Both the position numbers and the translations under genes were made by a program. A DNA stretch of 64,000 bases from an uncultured Chloroflexia bacterium. GTDB taxonomy: Bacteria; Chloroflexota; Limnocylindria; Limnocylindrales; CSP1-4. Of this stretch, positions 20,926-28,993 are shown one piece after another. The stretch's first letter is position 1. The number at the start of each line of letters is the position of its first letter. Location: contig CAWFNQ010000001.1 of assembly GCA_963817245.1 (NCBI GenBank), positions 157,231 to 221,230 on the forward strand, in the 5' to 3' direction. The notes under the pieces were generated by a model, which saw only the letters and a program-made list of their open reading frames with translations, was not told the origin of the DNA and did no database searches.

Positions 20926-21935
20926 CGGGGCAGGATCGTCCCGAGGCCGAGCTCGGTCGCGCGTCGCGCGATCGCGTCGCCGAAGATGACGTCGGCGAGG
21001 CCCACGCCGAGGTGGCTCACGACGACCCGGCCGTCGGTCGGACGCGCCGTCCCAGCCAGGATCGCCTCGCCGAGCGTCGCCATCGGGTCCGGATAGCCCT
21101 CGAACTGACCGGCGTCGCGATTCGCCAGGAACTGGCCCCGGTCGTCGGTCAGGAACAGGCTCGCCGAGCGGGCGACCGCGGCGCCGACCAGCGTCGCGTA
21201 GTCGACGGCCACCACCAGGGCGTGCGGCGCGAACGCCGACTCCCCGAGGGTCCCGCGACGATCCGGGGTCGTGAACGACGCCGCCGTGACGACCACGTCG
21301 GCCGCCTGGGTGGCCTCGAGCGGCGACGCGACGACGCGGGCCGTGCCGATGCCATCGGTGGCGCGCGCCGCCTCGGCCAGGGCCTCGGCGCGCTCGGGAT
21401 GTCGATCGTGGATCGCGACGTCGACGCCGGGGAGCAGGTGCCCGAGCACGGGGATGTGGCTGTACCCCTGGACGCCCGCCCCGATCAGCGCGGCCCGCGG
21501 CGCGCGACCCTCCACCGCGGGCGCGAACCGACCGATCGCCACCCCCGAGACGGCGGCCGTGCGTTCGGCGGTGATGGGACCGCCGTCGAGGATCGCCACC
21601 GGCATCCCGGTGAGTGCGTCGCCGAGGATGACCACGGCGTGGATCGCGGGCAGGCCGCGGGCGGCGTTCGCCGCCCCGAACCCGCTCACCCACTTGATCC
21701 CGAGGCGGTCCTCGGTGCCGTCCTCGGCGGCGCCGCGCAGCCAGGCGGGCATCGCGTGCGCGAAGGACCCGGGCGGCCTGGGATGGACGCCGATCTTCGG
21801 CGGCAGCTCGGCGTCGGCGACGAGCGCGGTCATCGTCCGCTCGGCCAGCGCCAGGCGCTCAGGAAGTGTCGGCATGGCCGCCCGCACATCGGCCGCGGAC
21901 AGGTAGCGGAGGGGCGGCAGCTGGGGGTCCCGCAT
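20922..21935 (-). CDS. Ornithine cyclodeaminase / mu-crystallin family protein
   Basis: MRDPQLPPLRYLSAADVRAAMP...LGIKWVSGFGAN...PRAALIGAGVQGYSHIPVLGHLLPGVDVAIHDRHPERAE...VVSHLGVGLADVIFG. Confidence 0.8.
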   Translation of the reverse strand: MRDPQLPPLRYLSAADVRAAMPTLPERLALAERTMTALVADAELPPKIGVHPRPPGSFAHAMPAWLRGAAEDGTEDRLGIKWVSGFGAANAARGLPAIHAVVILGDALTGMPVAILDGGPITAERTAAVSGVAIGRFAPAVEGRAPRAALIGAGVQGYSHIPVLGHLLPGVDVAIHDRHPERAEALAEAARATDGIGTARVVASPLEATQAADVVVTAASFTTPDRRGTLGESAFAPHALVVAVDYATLVGAAVARSASLFLTDDRGQFLANRDAGQFEGYPDPMATLGEAILAGTARPTDGRVVVSHLGVGLADVIFGDAIARRATELGLGTILPR

Positions 21936-21978
21936 CGCCGCGTCAGTCTAGGCGGCGAGGTCCGCTACCATCGAGCCG

Positions 21979-23149
21979 ATGGCACCGATCGATGTCGAGA
22001 CCAGCCTCGACAACCTGAAGCTCGAGCGCGACGCCATCGTCCTCTACGACGCGCTCTCCGCCATCGAACGTGACCCGGTCCGCGCCGCCGCCTTCGAGCG
22101 GATCGCCTCGAACGAGCGACGCCACGCCGACATCTGGGCCGCCAAGCTGACCGCGCTCGGGGCGACGGTCCCACCGACCGGCCGTCCGCGGATGCGCGTC
22201 CGGTTCATCGTCCTCATCGCCCGACTGTTCGGGACCCGCTCGGTCGCCGAGCTCGTGAAGGCCCTCGAGGGTGACGAAGAGGCCGCGTACGACGCCCAGG
22301 AAACCTCGCCGGAGGTGGCGAGCATCGCCGCCGACGAGCGGGAGCACGCCCAGATCTGGGACCGGCTCGCGAGCGGGATCTCGCCGGAAGCGTCGGCGGC
22401 CGGTGTCGCGGCGGCGCGCAGCGCGGGTTCGGCCGCGGAGATCGGCCAGCGCGAGACGTGGCATCGGACGGCCGGCCGGTCGGGCACCCTCCGGGCGGTC
22501 ATCTTCGGCGTGTCCGACGGGCTCGTGAGCAACCTGTCGCTGGTCATGGGCGTGGCCGGCGCTGCCAGCGACCCGAGCTTCATCCTGCTCGCGGGCATCG
22601 CCGGCCTCCTCGCCGGGGCGTTCAGCATGGCGGCCGGCGAGTACATCTCGATGCAGAGCCAGCGCGAGCTCTTCGAGCGCCAGATCGCCCTGGAACGGGC
22701 CGAGATGGAGGCGATGCCCGAGGAGGAGGAGGCGGAGCTGGCCGCGGCCTACCGGGCGAAGGGATTTGCCGCGGACGAGGCGGCGCGGATCGCCCACCGG
22801 ATCTTCGCCGACCCGACAGACGGCGCTCGACACGCTCGTCCGCGAGGAGCTGGGCCTCGACCCGGACGAGCTGGGGTCCCCGGTCAAGGCGGCCGCCGGA
22901 TCCTTCGTCGCCTTCGCCATCGGGGCCTCCATCCCGGTCCTGCCGTACCTCTTCGGCGGCGGGCAGGCCGTCCTCTTCGTCAGCCTCGCGATCAGCCTCG
23001 TCGGCCTCTTCGTCGTTGGCGCGCTCGTCAGCCTCCTGACCGGTCGGGGCCTGCTGTTCTCGGGCTTCCGCCAGCTCGGCATCGGCCTCGCGGCGGCCCT
23101 CGTGACGTACGCCATCGGCTCGATCATCGGCGTCTCGATGGCCGGCTAG
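21979..23149 (+). pseudogene. Ferritin-like (rubrerythrin-type) domain fused to a VIT1/CCC1 iron/manganese transporter domain, one frameshift near 22818
   Basis: N-terminal LKLERDAIVLYDALSAIERD...SNERRHADIW...ADEREHAQIW. VIT part: LRAVIFGVSDGLVSNLSLVMGVAG...AGAFSMAAGEYISMQSQRE. The last two TM helices (GSFVAFAIGASIPVLPYLFG...) are in the next frame. Confidence 0.8.
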
Positions 23150-23153
23150 GGCG

Positions 23154-23480
23154 TTGGCGAGGGACGCGACCGGGACGCTCGTCGATCGCCTCCAGCGGGA
23201 GGGCTGGCGGGCGTCGCCCTGGTCCAACGGGCCGGGTGACCGGTACGGCGCCCACGAGCACGACTACGACAAGGTGCTCGTCGTGAGCCACGGCTCGATC
23301 CGGTTCGGCCTGCCGGAGGCGGGCACGGTCGTGGACCTCGCCGAGGGCGACCGGCTCGACCTGCCGGCCGGGACGAGGCATGACGCGGTGGTCGGGTCCG
23401 ACGGGGTCACCTGCCTCGAGGGCCATGCCCCCGCGGGCACGCTCGTCGCGGTCGTCCGGCGCGTCGCCGGGAGCTGGTGA
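23154..23480 (+). CDS. Cupin domain protein
   Basis: GAHEHDYDKVLVVSHGSIRFGLPEAGTVVDLAEGDRLDLPAGTRHDAVVG fits the two-motif cupin pattern. TTG start. Confidence 0.65.
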   Translation: MARDATGTLVDRLQREGWRASPWSNGPGDRYGAHEHDYDKVLVVSHGSIRFGLPEAGTVVDLAEGDRLDLPAGTRHDAVVGSDGVTCLEGHAPAGTLVAVVRRVAGSW

Positions 23481-23501
23481 GCGCGCCATCCCGGGAATCG
23501 A

Positions 23502-23528
23502 ACGAGGCCCCGGTGGTCGGGGCCTCGT
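23502..23528. terminator. Hairpin between convergent genes
   Basis: ACGAGGCCCCG - GTGGT - CGGGGCCTCGT (11-bp stem), between the stops at 23480 (+) and 23556 (-). Confidence 0.5.
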
Positions 23529-23555
23529 GGGGGTAGGCTATGACGCCGGTCGGGT

Positions 23556-23693
23556 TCAGCGAACGCCGAACCGCATCAGGAACCGAGCATCGTACGCTGG
23601 GTCGACGTCCGCCTGGCGAGGTTCGTCGGTGCCCAGCAGATAGCTGATCAGCGAGAACAGCGCCAGGAGGCCGATGACGATCGGGATGATCAT
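23556..23693 (-). CDS. 45-aa single-TM peptide of unknown function
   Basis: ATG at 23693 with GGGAG 6 nt upstream. Sequence: MIIPIVIGLLALFSLISYLLGTDEPRQADVDPAYDARFLMRFGVR. A strong promoter candidate lies upstream. Confidence 0.5.
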   Translation of the reverse strand: MIIPIVIGLLALFSLISYLLGTDEPRQADVDPAYDARFLMRFGVR

Positions 23694-23788
23694 CTGAGAC
23701 TCCCTTCGCTGCAGTCGGATATCGAGGACCAGCGGGCCCCAGCCGCAACGCGGTCGGCCGATATCCATCGGAACTTGCCGAGATTGCT

Positions 23789-23817
23789 ATCCTAGCCTAA
23801 CGAATCGTATCTGACAA
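23789..23817 (-). promoter_or_regulatory. Sigma-70-type promoter candidate (minus strand) in the lowest-GC spacer of the window
   Basis: TTGTCA (23817-23812) - 17 nt - TAGGAT (23794-23789). It would give a ~90-nt leader before the 45-codon ORF. The same spacer must also hold the divergent Lrp promoter and carries two CCTAAC copies (23796, 23826). Confidence 0.45.
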
Positions 23818-23865
23818 CTAGTACTACCTAACAGATGCGGAGTACACCGATGTACCAGCGGGCTG

Positions 23866-24372
23866 ATGCCTGACCGTCCGGCGATCGATCGCACCGACGC
23901 GCGCCTGCTCGAGCGGCTGCAGGTCGACGGGCGTCGCCCGTATGCGGAACTGGGCGCGGAGGTCGGGATCTCGGGTCCATCGGCCCATGAGCGCGTGAAG
24001 AAGCTCGAGGCGCGCGGCGTCATCCGCGGCTACGCCGCGATGGTCGATCCGGCTCGCGCCGGGCTGGCGGTCCTCGCGTTCACGTGGCTCACGCAGGCGC
24101 CCGGGAGCGCTGGCGAGGACCTTACCGACTCGTTCGCCGCGATCCCCGAGATCGAGGAGTGCCACCACATCGCCGGCGAGGCCGACTACCTGTTGAAGAT
24201 CCGCACCCGGGACACGCGCCATCTCGAGGACGTGCTCGTGCGGCTCCAGGGGACGCCCAACGTGTTCACGACCGAGACCGACGTCGTGCTCTCGAGCGCG
24301 TTCGAACGACGACCGATCCGCCTCGTCGCGCACAGCGATGAAACCGCCGGGCCACGCGAACCGTATCCATGA
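23866..24372 (+). CDS. Lrp/AsnC family transcriptional regulator
   Basis: IDRTDARLLERLQVDGRRPYAELGAEVGISGPSAHERVKKLEARGVIRGY (HTH), followed by an RAM/ACT-like domain ...IEECHHIAGEADYLLKIRTRDTRHLEDVL. Confidence 0.85.
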   Translation: MPDRPAIDRTDARLLERLQVDGRRPYAELGAEVGISGPSAHERVKKLEARGVIRGYAAMVDPARAGLAVLAFTWLTQAPGSAGEDLTDSFAAIPEIEECHHIAGEADYLLKIRTRDTRHLEDVLVRLQGTPNVFTTETDVVLSSAFERRPIRLVAHSDETAGPREPYP

Positions 24373-25025
24373 CCGAGGTCCGTCCGGGCGGTCCAGACGA
24401 CGCCGCCCTCGTTCGTGAGATCGCGGGGGGCTCGCACGACGCCCTGGCCGACCTCTATGACCGGTACGCCGGCGCGATCTTCGCGGTGGCACGCCGGCTG
24501 ACGACGGATCGAGGCGTGGCAGAAGAGGTGGTCCAGGACACCTTCCTCGCACTCTGGGATCGAGCGGAATCGTTCGACCCCGCAAGCGGTTCGCTGGCGG
24601 CGTGGTTGCACACGATCGCCCGCAACCGGACGGTGGATCGCCTTCGGGCGATGGGGCGACGGCCGCAGCTCGTGGCGCCGCCCGCCACGAGCGAGGGTGA
24701 GGATCCGGAGACCGCGCTGCTCGAACGGGCCGTTCGGACCGGTTCGATCGTGGCCGGCTCGGCGGCGCCGGTGGCGCCGGACCTGGCCGTGGTCTCGGCG
24801 GAGACGCGCCGGGTCATCGAGGACGCCCTGGCGGGCATGGGCGTCGAAGAACGGACGGTCATCGTCCTCGCCTATCGCGAGGAGCTGACCCAGAGTGAGA
24901 TCGCCGAACGGCTGGGCTGGCCGCTCGGCACGGTGAAGACGCGGACCCGTCGGGCCCTCCGGCGACTGCGCGAGGTCCTCGAGGCGGAGGCCGCGCAGCC
25001 GGTGGGCTTCGGCGAGGACGGATAG
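24369..25025 (+). CDS. ECF-type RNA polymerase sigma-70 family factor
   Basis: Region 2: VVQDTFLALWDRAESFDPASGSLAAWLHTIARNRTVDRLR. Region 4: ERTVIVLAYREELTQSEIAERLGWPLGTVKTRTRRALRRLRE. Its ATG overlaps the Lrp stop (ATGA, 24369-24372). Confidence 0.85.
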   Translation: MTEVRPGGPDDAALVREIAGGSHDALADLYDRYAGAIFAVARRLTTDRGVAEEVVQDTFLALWDRAESFDPASGSLAAWLHTIARNRTVDRLRAMGRRPQLVAPPATSEGEDPETALLERAVRTGSIVAGSAAPVAPDLAVVSAETRRVIEDALAGMGVEERTVIVLAYREELTQSEIAERLGWPLGTVKTRTRRALRRLREVLEAEAAQPVGFGEDG

Positions 25026-25032
25026 GGAGACG

Positions 25033-25899
25033 ATGGATCACGAAACGGTGCTCGAGGCGCTCGAGATCGCGGCGGCCGAGCCGGGCGGTCTGGAGCGACT
25101 GATGGCCGGCGACACCCCGACGGCGATGGCCGTGGCGGGGCATCTCGCCGGATGCGCCGATTGCACGCTCGAGCTCGGGCGTTGGCGGCGCGTCCAGGCC
25201 GATGTGGCGCAGGTGGTCGGCGACACGCCGGCGCCCGAGCTGCGTGAGCGCACGCTCGCGTACATCCGCCAGTACGGCGTCCGGCGCGAGCCGACGGCGA
25301 TCCCCGTGGGGGCACCCGCGGCGGCGCCATCGGCGCCGGCATCCCAGCCAGCCCCCGCCACGATGCCGCCTCCGACGGACCTCGCGGCGGCACGCGACCG
25401 GCGGCGATGGGTGCTCGGCTGGGTCGCCGCGGTCGCCGCCGCCGTGGTCCTGTCCGTCGTCGCGACCACGATCCTGGTCGGCTCACGCGTCGATGACCGG
25501 TTGGCCGCGCAGGACCAGGCCATCGAGGACCTCGCCGCGGTGACGACCGCGACGCTCCACGTGACCGCGCAGCCCGATGTCGAACGCGTCGCCCTCGCGG
25601 GGACCTCGGGGACCCCGACCGACGGGACCTTGCTCTACTCGCCCTCGACCACCGAGCTCGTCGTGGTCGCGACGGGGCTGACCAAGCCGCCCGCCGGCCA
25701 GGAGTACCACTGCTGGGTGCTCGTCGACGGCCAGCGCCAGAACATCGGCAAGATGTTCTTCGGCGGGGGACTCGCCTACTGGGTCGGGCCGTCCCCGGCC
25801 GTGGCCGACCTGCCCGCCGATGCCACGTTCGGCGTCTCGCTCGTCGATGCCGACGGCGAAGTCGTCGCGCCGGACCCGGTCCTCGTCTCGGCGACCTGA
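25033..25899 (+). CDS. Anti-sigma factor (HxxxCxxC zinc motif, one TM helix, RskA-like extracytoplasmic domain)
   Basis: HLAGCADCTLELGRW. TM helix WVLGWVAAVAAAVVLSVVATTIL. C-terminal ...LLYSPSTTELVVVATGLTKPPAGQEYHCWVLVDGQRQNIGKMFF... is typical of anti-sigma-K (RskA) domains. Confidence 0.75.
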   Translation: MDHETVLEALEIAAAEPGGLERLMAGDTPTAMAVAGHLAGCADCTLELGRWRRVQADVAQVVGDTPAPELRERTLAYIRQYGVRREPTAIPVGAPAAAPSAPASQPAPATMPPPTDLAAARDRRRWVLGWVAAVAAAVVLSVVATTILVGSRVDDRLAAQDQAIEDLAAVTTATLHVTAQPDVERVALAGTSGTPTDGTLLYSPSTTELVVVATGLTKPPAGQEYHCWVLVDGQRQNIGKMFFGGGLAYWVGPSPAVADLPADATFGVSLVDADGEVVAPDPVLVSAT

Positions 25900-26150
25900 C
25901 CCGGCACCGGGTCGGGGGGCGGCGCATCGAGGTACGCCCGGTGCAGCTCCAGCAGCCGCTGGGCCGCGTCCGGGGTGACGTCGTGGCCCTCCTCCCCGAG
26001 GACGGTCGACAGCCACAGCGCCTCTCGCGGCAGCTCCTCGGCGTCGACGTCGGCCTCGCGGCGGCGTGCGTCGGCGACGACGAACCACACGAGGCCGGCG
26101 CCCGCGACGAGCCCGACGATGAGCAGCCACCAATTGAACTCGGCGTTCAC
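25776..26150 (-). CDS. Small membrane protein of unknown function (one N-terminal TM helix); 3' end uncertain
   Basis: VNAEFNWWLLIVGLVAGAGLVWFVVADARRREADVDAEELPREALWLSTVLGEEGHDVTPDAAQRLLELHRAYLD.... The GTG at 26150 lies 8 nt after TATACT (26164-26159), so the transcript may be leaderless. As read, it overlaps the convergent anti-sigma gene by 124 nt. Confidence 0.45.
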   Translation of the reverse strand: MNAEFNWWLLIVGLVAGAGLVWFVVADARRREADVDAEELPREALWLSTVLGEEGHDVTPDAAQRLLELHRAYLDAPPPDPVPGQVAETRTGSGATTSPSASTSETPNVASAGRSATAGDGPTQ

Positions 26151-26258
26151 CGAGGACGAGTATAGGGACGGAGGGCGTGGAACCCCTCGGCGGGGTCCGC
26201 ATCGCGCCCGGCGAGCGACCGGGCGAGCGCGATGCCGTCGGCCGCTACACTTCCGCGG

Positions 26259-27260
26259 ATGCTCGACTTCCTCCCGAACGCGACGGCGTTCCAGATCGGC
26301 CCACTGACCATCGGCTGGTACGGCATCGGGTACGCGGTCGGGCTCGTCGCGGCGTACCTGGTCATGGCGCGCCTCGCCCGGCGCGCGGGCGAGGACGAGG
26401 AGATCCTCCTCAACGGGCTGATCATCGTCGCCTTCGCGGCGCTCATCGGCGGTCGGGCATATCACGTCATCGACCAGTGGGACAACCTGTACAAGGACCA
26501 CATCGAGCGGATCTTCCTGCCGCCGTACTCCGGGCTGGGCGTCTATGGCGGGATCATCACCGGGACGATCGCGGCCTACCTCTACGCTCGCTGGAAGCAC
26601 GTGCCGTTCCTGCGCTGGGCCGACATCGTGGCGCCCGGGCTCTTCACCATGCAGGCCATCGCGCGGTGGGGCAACTTCTTCAACCAGGAGCTCTACGGCT
26701 CGCCGACCACCCTGCCGTGGGGCATCCCCATCGATTGCGCCCATCGCATCGTCGACTTCCCGTGCGGGACGGCGTTTCCCGAGACCACCCGCTTCCATCC
26801 GCTGTTCCTCTACGAGTCCCTGTCCGGACTCATCGGGTTGCTCGTGCTCGTGTGGATCGGCTACCACCTGCGGCCGCGGCTGCGGGTGGGCGACCTGCTG
26901 CTCGTGTTCTTCGTCTGGTATGGGACGACCCGCTTCGTCCTCGAGACCCTGCGTCACGACAACTGGACGTTCTTCGGGATCCCGACCGCGCAGGTGGTCT
27001 CGATCGGCATCGTGGTGCCGGCCCTCGTGATCCTCGCCTGGCGGCACCGACGCGGGCACGCGCTCGACGATCCGCCCACGCACCCGGAGGTCGCCACGTG
27101 GGGCGCGCTGGGCCGGCCCGTCGAGGCGTCCGTGAGCCCCGACGCCGACGGTGCCACGACCGACGACACCGACGACGACTGGGCGCCCGACGTCCCGCTC
27201 GGCGCCGACCCGGACGCGCTCGACCCGTCCGACTCGGGGCCGGACCCCACGCCGGCCTGA
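26259..27260 (+). CDS. lgt: Prolipoprotein diacylglyceryl transferase
   Basis: IGPLTIGWYGIGYAVGLVAAYLV...IGGRAYHVI...LGVYGGIITG...MQAIARWGNFFNQELYG.PT.LPWGI...FHPLFLYESL...FFVWYGTTRFVLETLR are Lgt signatures. Acidic Asp/Pro-rich C-terminal tail. Confidence 0.9.
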   Translation: MLDFLPNATAFQIGPLTIGWYGIGYAVGLVAAYLVMARLARRAGEDEEILLNGLIIVAFAALIGGRAYHVIDQWDNLYKDHIERIFLPPYSGLGVYGGIITGTIAAYLYARWKHVPFLRWADIVAPGLFTMQAIARWGNFFNQELYGSPTTLPWGIPIDCAHRIVDFPCGTAFPETTRFHPLFLYESLSGLIGLLVLVWIGYHLRPRLRVGDLLLVFFVWYGTTRFVLETLRHDNWTFFGIPTAQVVSIGIVVPALVILAWRHRRGHALDDPPTHPEVATWGALGRPVEASVSPDADGATTDDTDDDWAPDVPLGADPDALDPSDSGPDPTPA

Positions 27261-27261
27261 G

Positions 27262-28149
27262 ATGGCGGCACCGGGGCCAGCCCCCGAGGAGACGCCGCGG
27301 CGACCGCCGCCCGCGCGGGTATCACCTGAGGCGATGGCCGCGGCTCGCGGCGGCGCCGTCGAAGGCCTCGCCTGGCTGGGCCGCACGCCCGAGGCCGACG
27401 CGTCCATCCTCTACCGTGTCCTGCGCCTGGTCGCCCGGTTCGTCATCTTCGTGGTGTTCCGGATCCGGATCCGGACGTCCGGGCAGGGAGACCTGCCGCG
27501 TGGCGGCTATCTGCTCGTGGCCGCCGCGCATCGCGGCTGGATGGACCCGTTCGTCGTGATGCATGCGATCCCACCCACGCCGCGGGCCTGGTTCCTGGGG
27601 AGTGCCCCCTCGACGTTCACCTCGGCGTGGCGCGAGCGGCTCATCCACCGGGTCGGCGGCCTGCTCCCGGTGTGGCGGGGCGGCGTCGGCGTGGAGGCCC
27701 ATGTCGCGGCGGCGCACGCCGTCGTCGGCAACGGGGCGGTCTTCGTCCAGATGCCGGAGGGGACGGTCAGCGGCCCGCCCGGCCGGATCGGGGCGTTCCG
27801 CAACGGCTGGGCGATCATCGCCCTCCGGACGGACGCGCCGATCGTCCCGCTCGCGATGGCGGGGACCGAGGAGCTGTATGTCGGGCGACGGCTGGCGTCG
27901 CGGATCCTGCCGGCCACGACGGCCCGTGCCCTCGCCGGCCTGCCGGACGGTGCGCCGCTGCCCGATCCGGGGTCCCGCGAGGAACTCGATACGGCGCACC
28001 GGATGAGCGAGGCCCTCGCGGAGCGGCTCGGTCCGGTCGTCGAGGCGCTCTACCCGTGGACGGTCGATCCGCCGGAGCATCCGCGGCGGTTGCGGAAACG
28101 GCTGACCTGGCTGCTCCTCCGGCCGGGCCGCCTGGACCGGGACGGCTGA
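27262..28149 (+). CDS. Lysophospholipid (1-acyl-sn-glycerol-3-phosphate) acyltransferase family protein, copy 1
   Basis: HX4D motif AAHRGWMDP. ...FVQMPEGTVSG...FRNGWAIIALRTDAPIVPLAMAGTEELY. The ATG starts 2 nt after the lgt stop. Confidence 0.8.
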   Translation: MAAPGPAPEETPRRPPPARVSPEAMAAARGGAVEGLAWLGRTPEADASILYRVLRLVARFVIFVVFRIRIRTSGQGDLPRGGYLLVAAAHRGWMDPFVVMHAIPPTPRAWFLGSAPSTFTSAWRERLIHRVGGLLPVWRGGVGVEAHVAAAHAVVGNGAVFVQMPEGTVSGPPGRIGAFRNGWAIIALRTDAPIVPLAMAGTEELYVGRRLASRILPATTARALAGLPDGAPLPDPGSREELDTAHRMSEALAERLGPVVEALYPWTVDPPEHPRRLRKRLTWLLLRPGRLDRDG

Positions 28150-28922
28150 TGGGGGACCGGCCGACCGGCCTGGTCGGCTCGCCGAGCGCGCGAGCGTCGG
28201 CGTCGTACCGCCTCGCGCTGCGGCTCGCGGGGTGGCTGGGACACGGGGTCTTCGGCTTCCGGACGGAGGTCCGCGGTCGCGAGCACCTGCCGCAAGATCC
28301 GGCCGGCGTTCCGCTGGGCGGGTGGATCGCGGCGGGGCTGCCCCATCGGACCTGGGTCGACCCGTTCGTCCTGGCCGACGCGCTGCCGGTCGAACCGCGG
28401 CTCGTCTTCTTCGGCGACGGTCGGGCGATCTTCCGCTCGCGATGGCGCCGCGCCGTCTTCCGTCGGATCGGCGGCGTCATCCCGATCTGGCCAGGGAAGG
28501 GACGCGAGGGGATCGAGTCGTATCTGGCGGCGGCGCAGGCGGCGCTTCGGGCCGGCGCCGTCCTGTGCCTCTTCCCCGAGACCGGCCCGGCGACCCCGCC
28601 CGGGACCGCGCGCCCGTTCGGGCTCGGCGTCGCGTATTTCGCCCTCCGCTCCGGTGCTCCGATCGTGCCGGTCGTCCTCGGCGGGACCCACGAGCTGTAT
28701 CGCGGGCGGCGGTTCCGGATGGACATCCTCCCGGCCGTCACGGCTCGCGAACTCGCGTCGATCCCGGACGGCGCGCCGCTCCCGACCCCGTGGACGGCCG
28801 AGGAGCGTCGAGCGGCCCGGACCATCGTCGACGAGCTCCATGCCCGACTTGCCGAGCCGGTGGCGGCGGCCCACGTCGCGAGCGAGCCCCGCCGGGGACG
28901 CGCAAGCGTTGGCGCTGGCTGA
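28149..28922 (+). CDS. Lysophospholipid acyltransferase family protein, copy 2 (tandem paralog)
   Basis: HX4D motif LPHRTWVDP. ...LCLFPETGPATPPG...GVAYFALRSGAPIVPVVLGGTHELY. Its ATG overlaps the upstream stop (TGATG, 28147-28151). Confidence 0.8.
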   Translation: MGDRPTGLVGSPSARASASYRLALRLAGWLGHGVFGFRTEVRGREHLPQDPAGVPLGGWIAAGLPHRTWVDPFVLADALPVEPRLVFFGDGRAIFRSRWRRAVFRRIGGVIPIWPGKGREGIESYLAAAQAALRAGAVLCLFPETGPATPPGTARPFGLGVAYFALRSGAPIVPVVLGGTHELYRGRRFRMDILPAVTARELASIPDGAPLPTPWTAEERRAARTIVDELHARLAEPVAAAHVASEPRRGRASVGAG

Positions 28923-28993
28923 CGACGGCGTGGCGGTGATCCCCGGCTGACCAGGGGTGAGCGGCCGCGACCCCCCACCTATACTCGGCCGCG

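Noticed and set aside
20926-21693. N-terminal 256-aa extension of the 1130-aa acylase ORF
   Set aside because: The extension overlaps the ornithine cyclodeaminase gene in another frame and is Arg/Gly/Pro-rich. The acylase membrane anchor starts right after the GTG at 20925, which overlaps the OCD stop.
23478-23530. tRNA- or tmRNA-like 3' end on the minus strand (…GGGGCCTCGTTCGATTCCCGGGATGGCGCGCTCACCA)
   Set aside because: The TTCGATTCC resemblance is superficial. The flanking stems do not form a 5-bp T arm with a 7-nt loop. No acceptor, D or anticodon arms can be drawn upstream. The TCACCA is just the complement of the cupin stop region. The sequence is better explained as an 11-bp terminator hairpin.
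26151-27407. N-terminal ~420 aa of ORF 25776..27407, and the analogous long ORF 50386..52269
   Set aside because: These are antisense to lgt/plsC and to mdh respectively. Only the short C-terminal parts, which have their own start signals and TM helices, look like genes.
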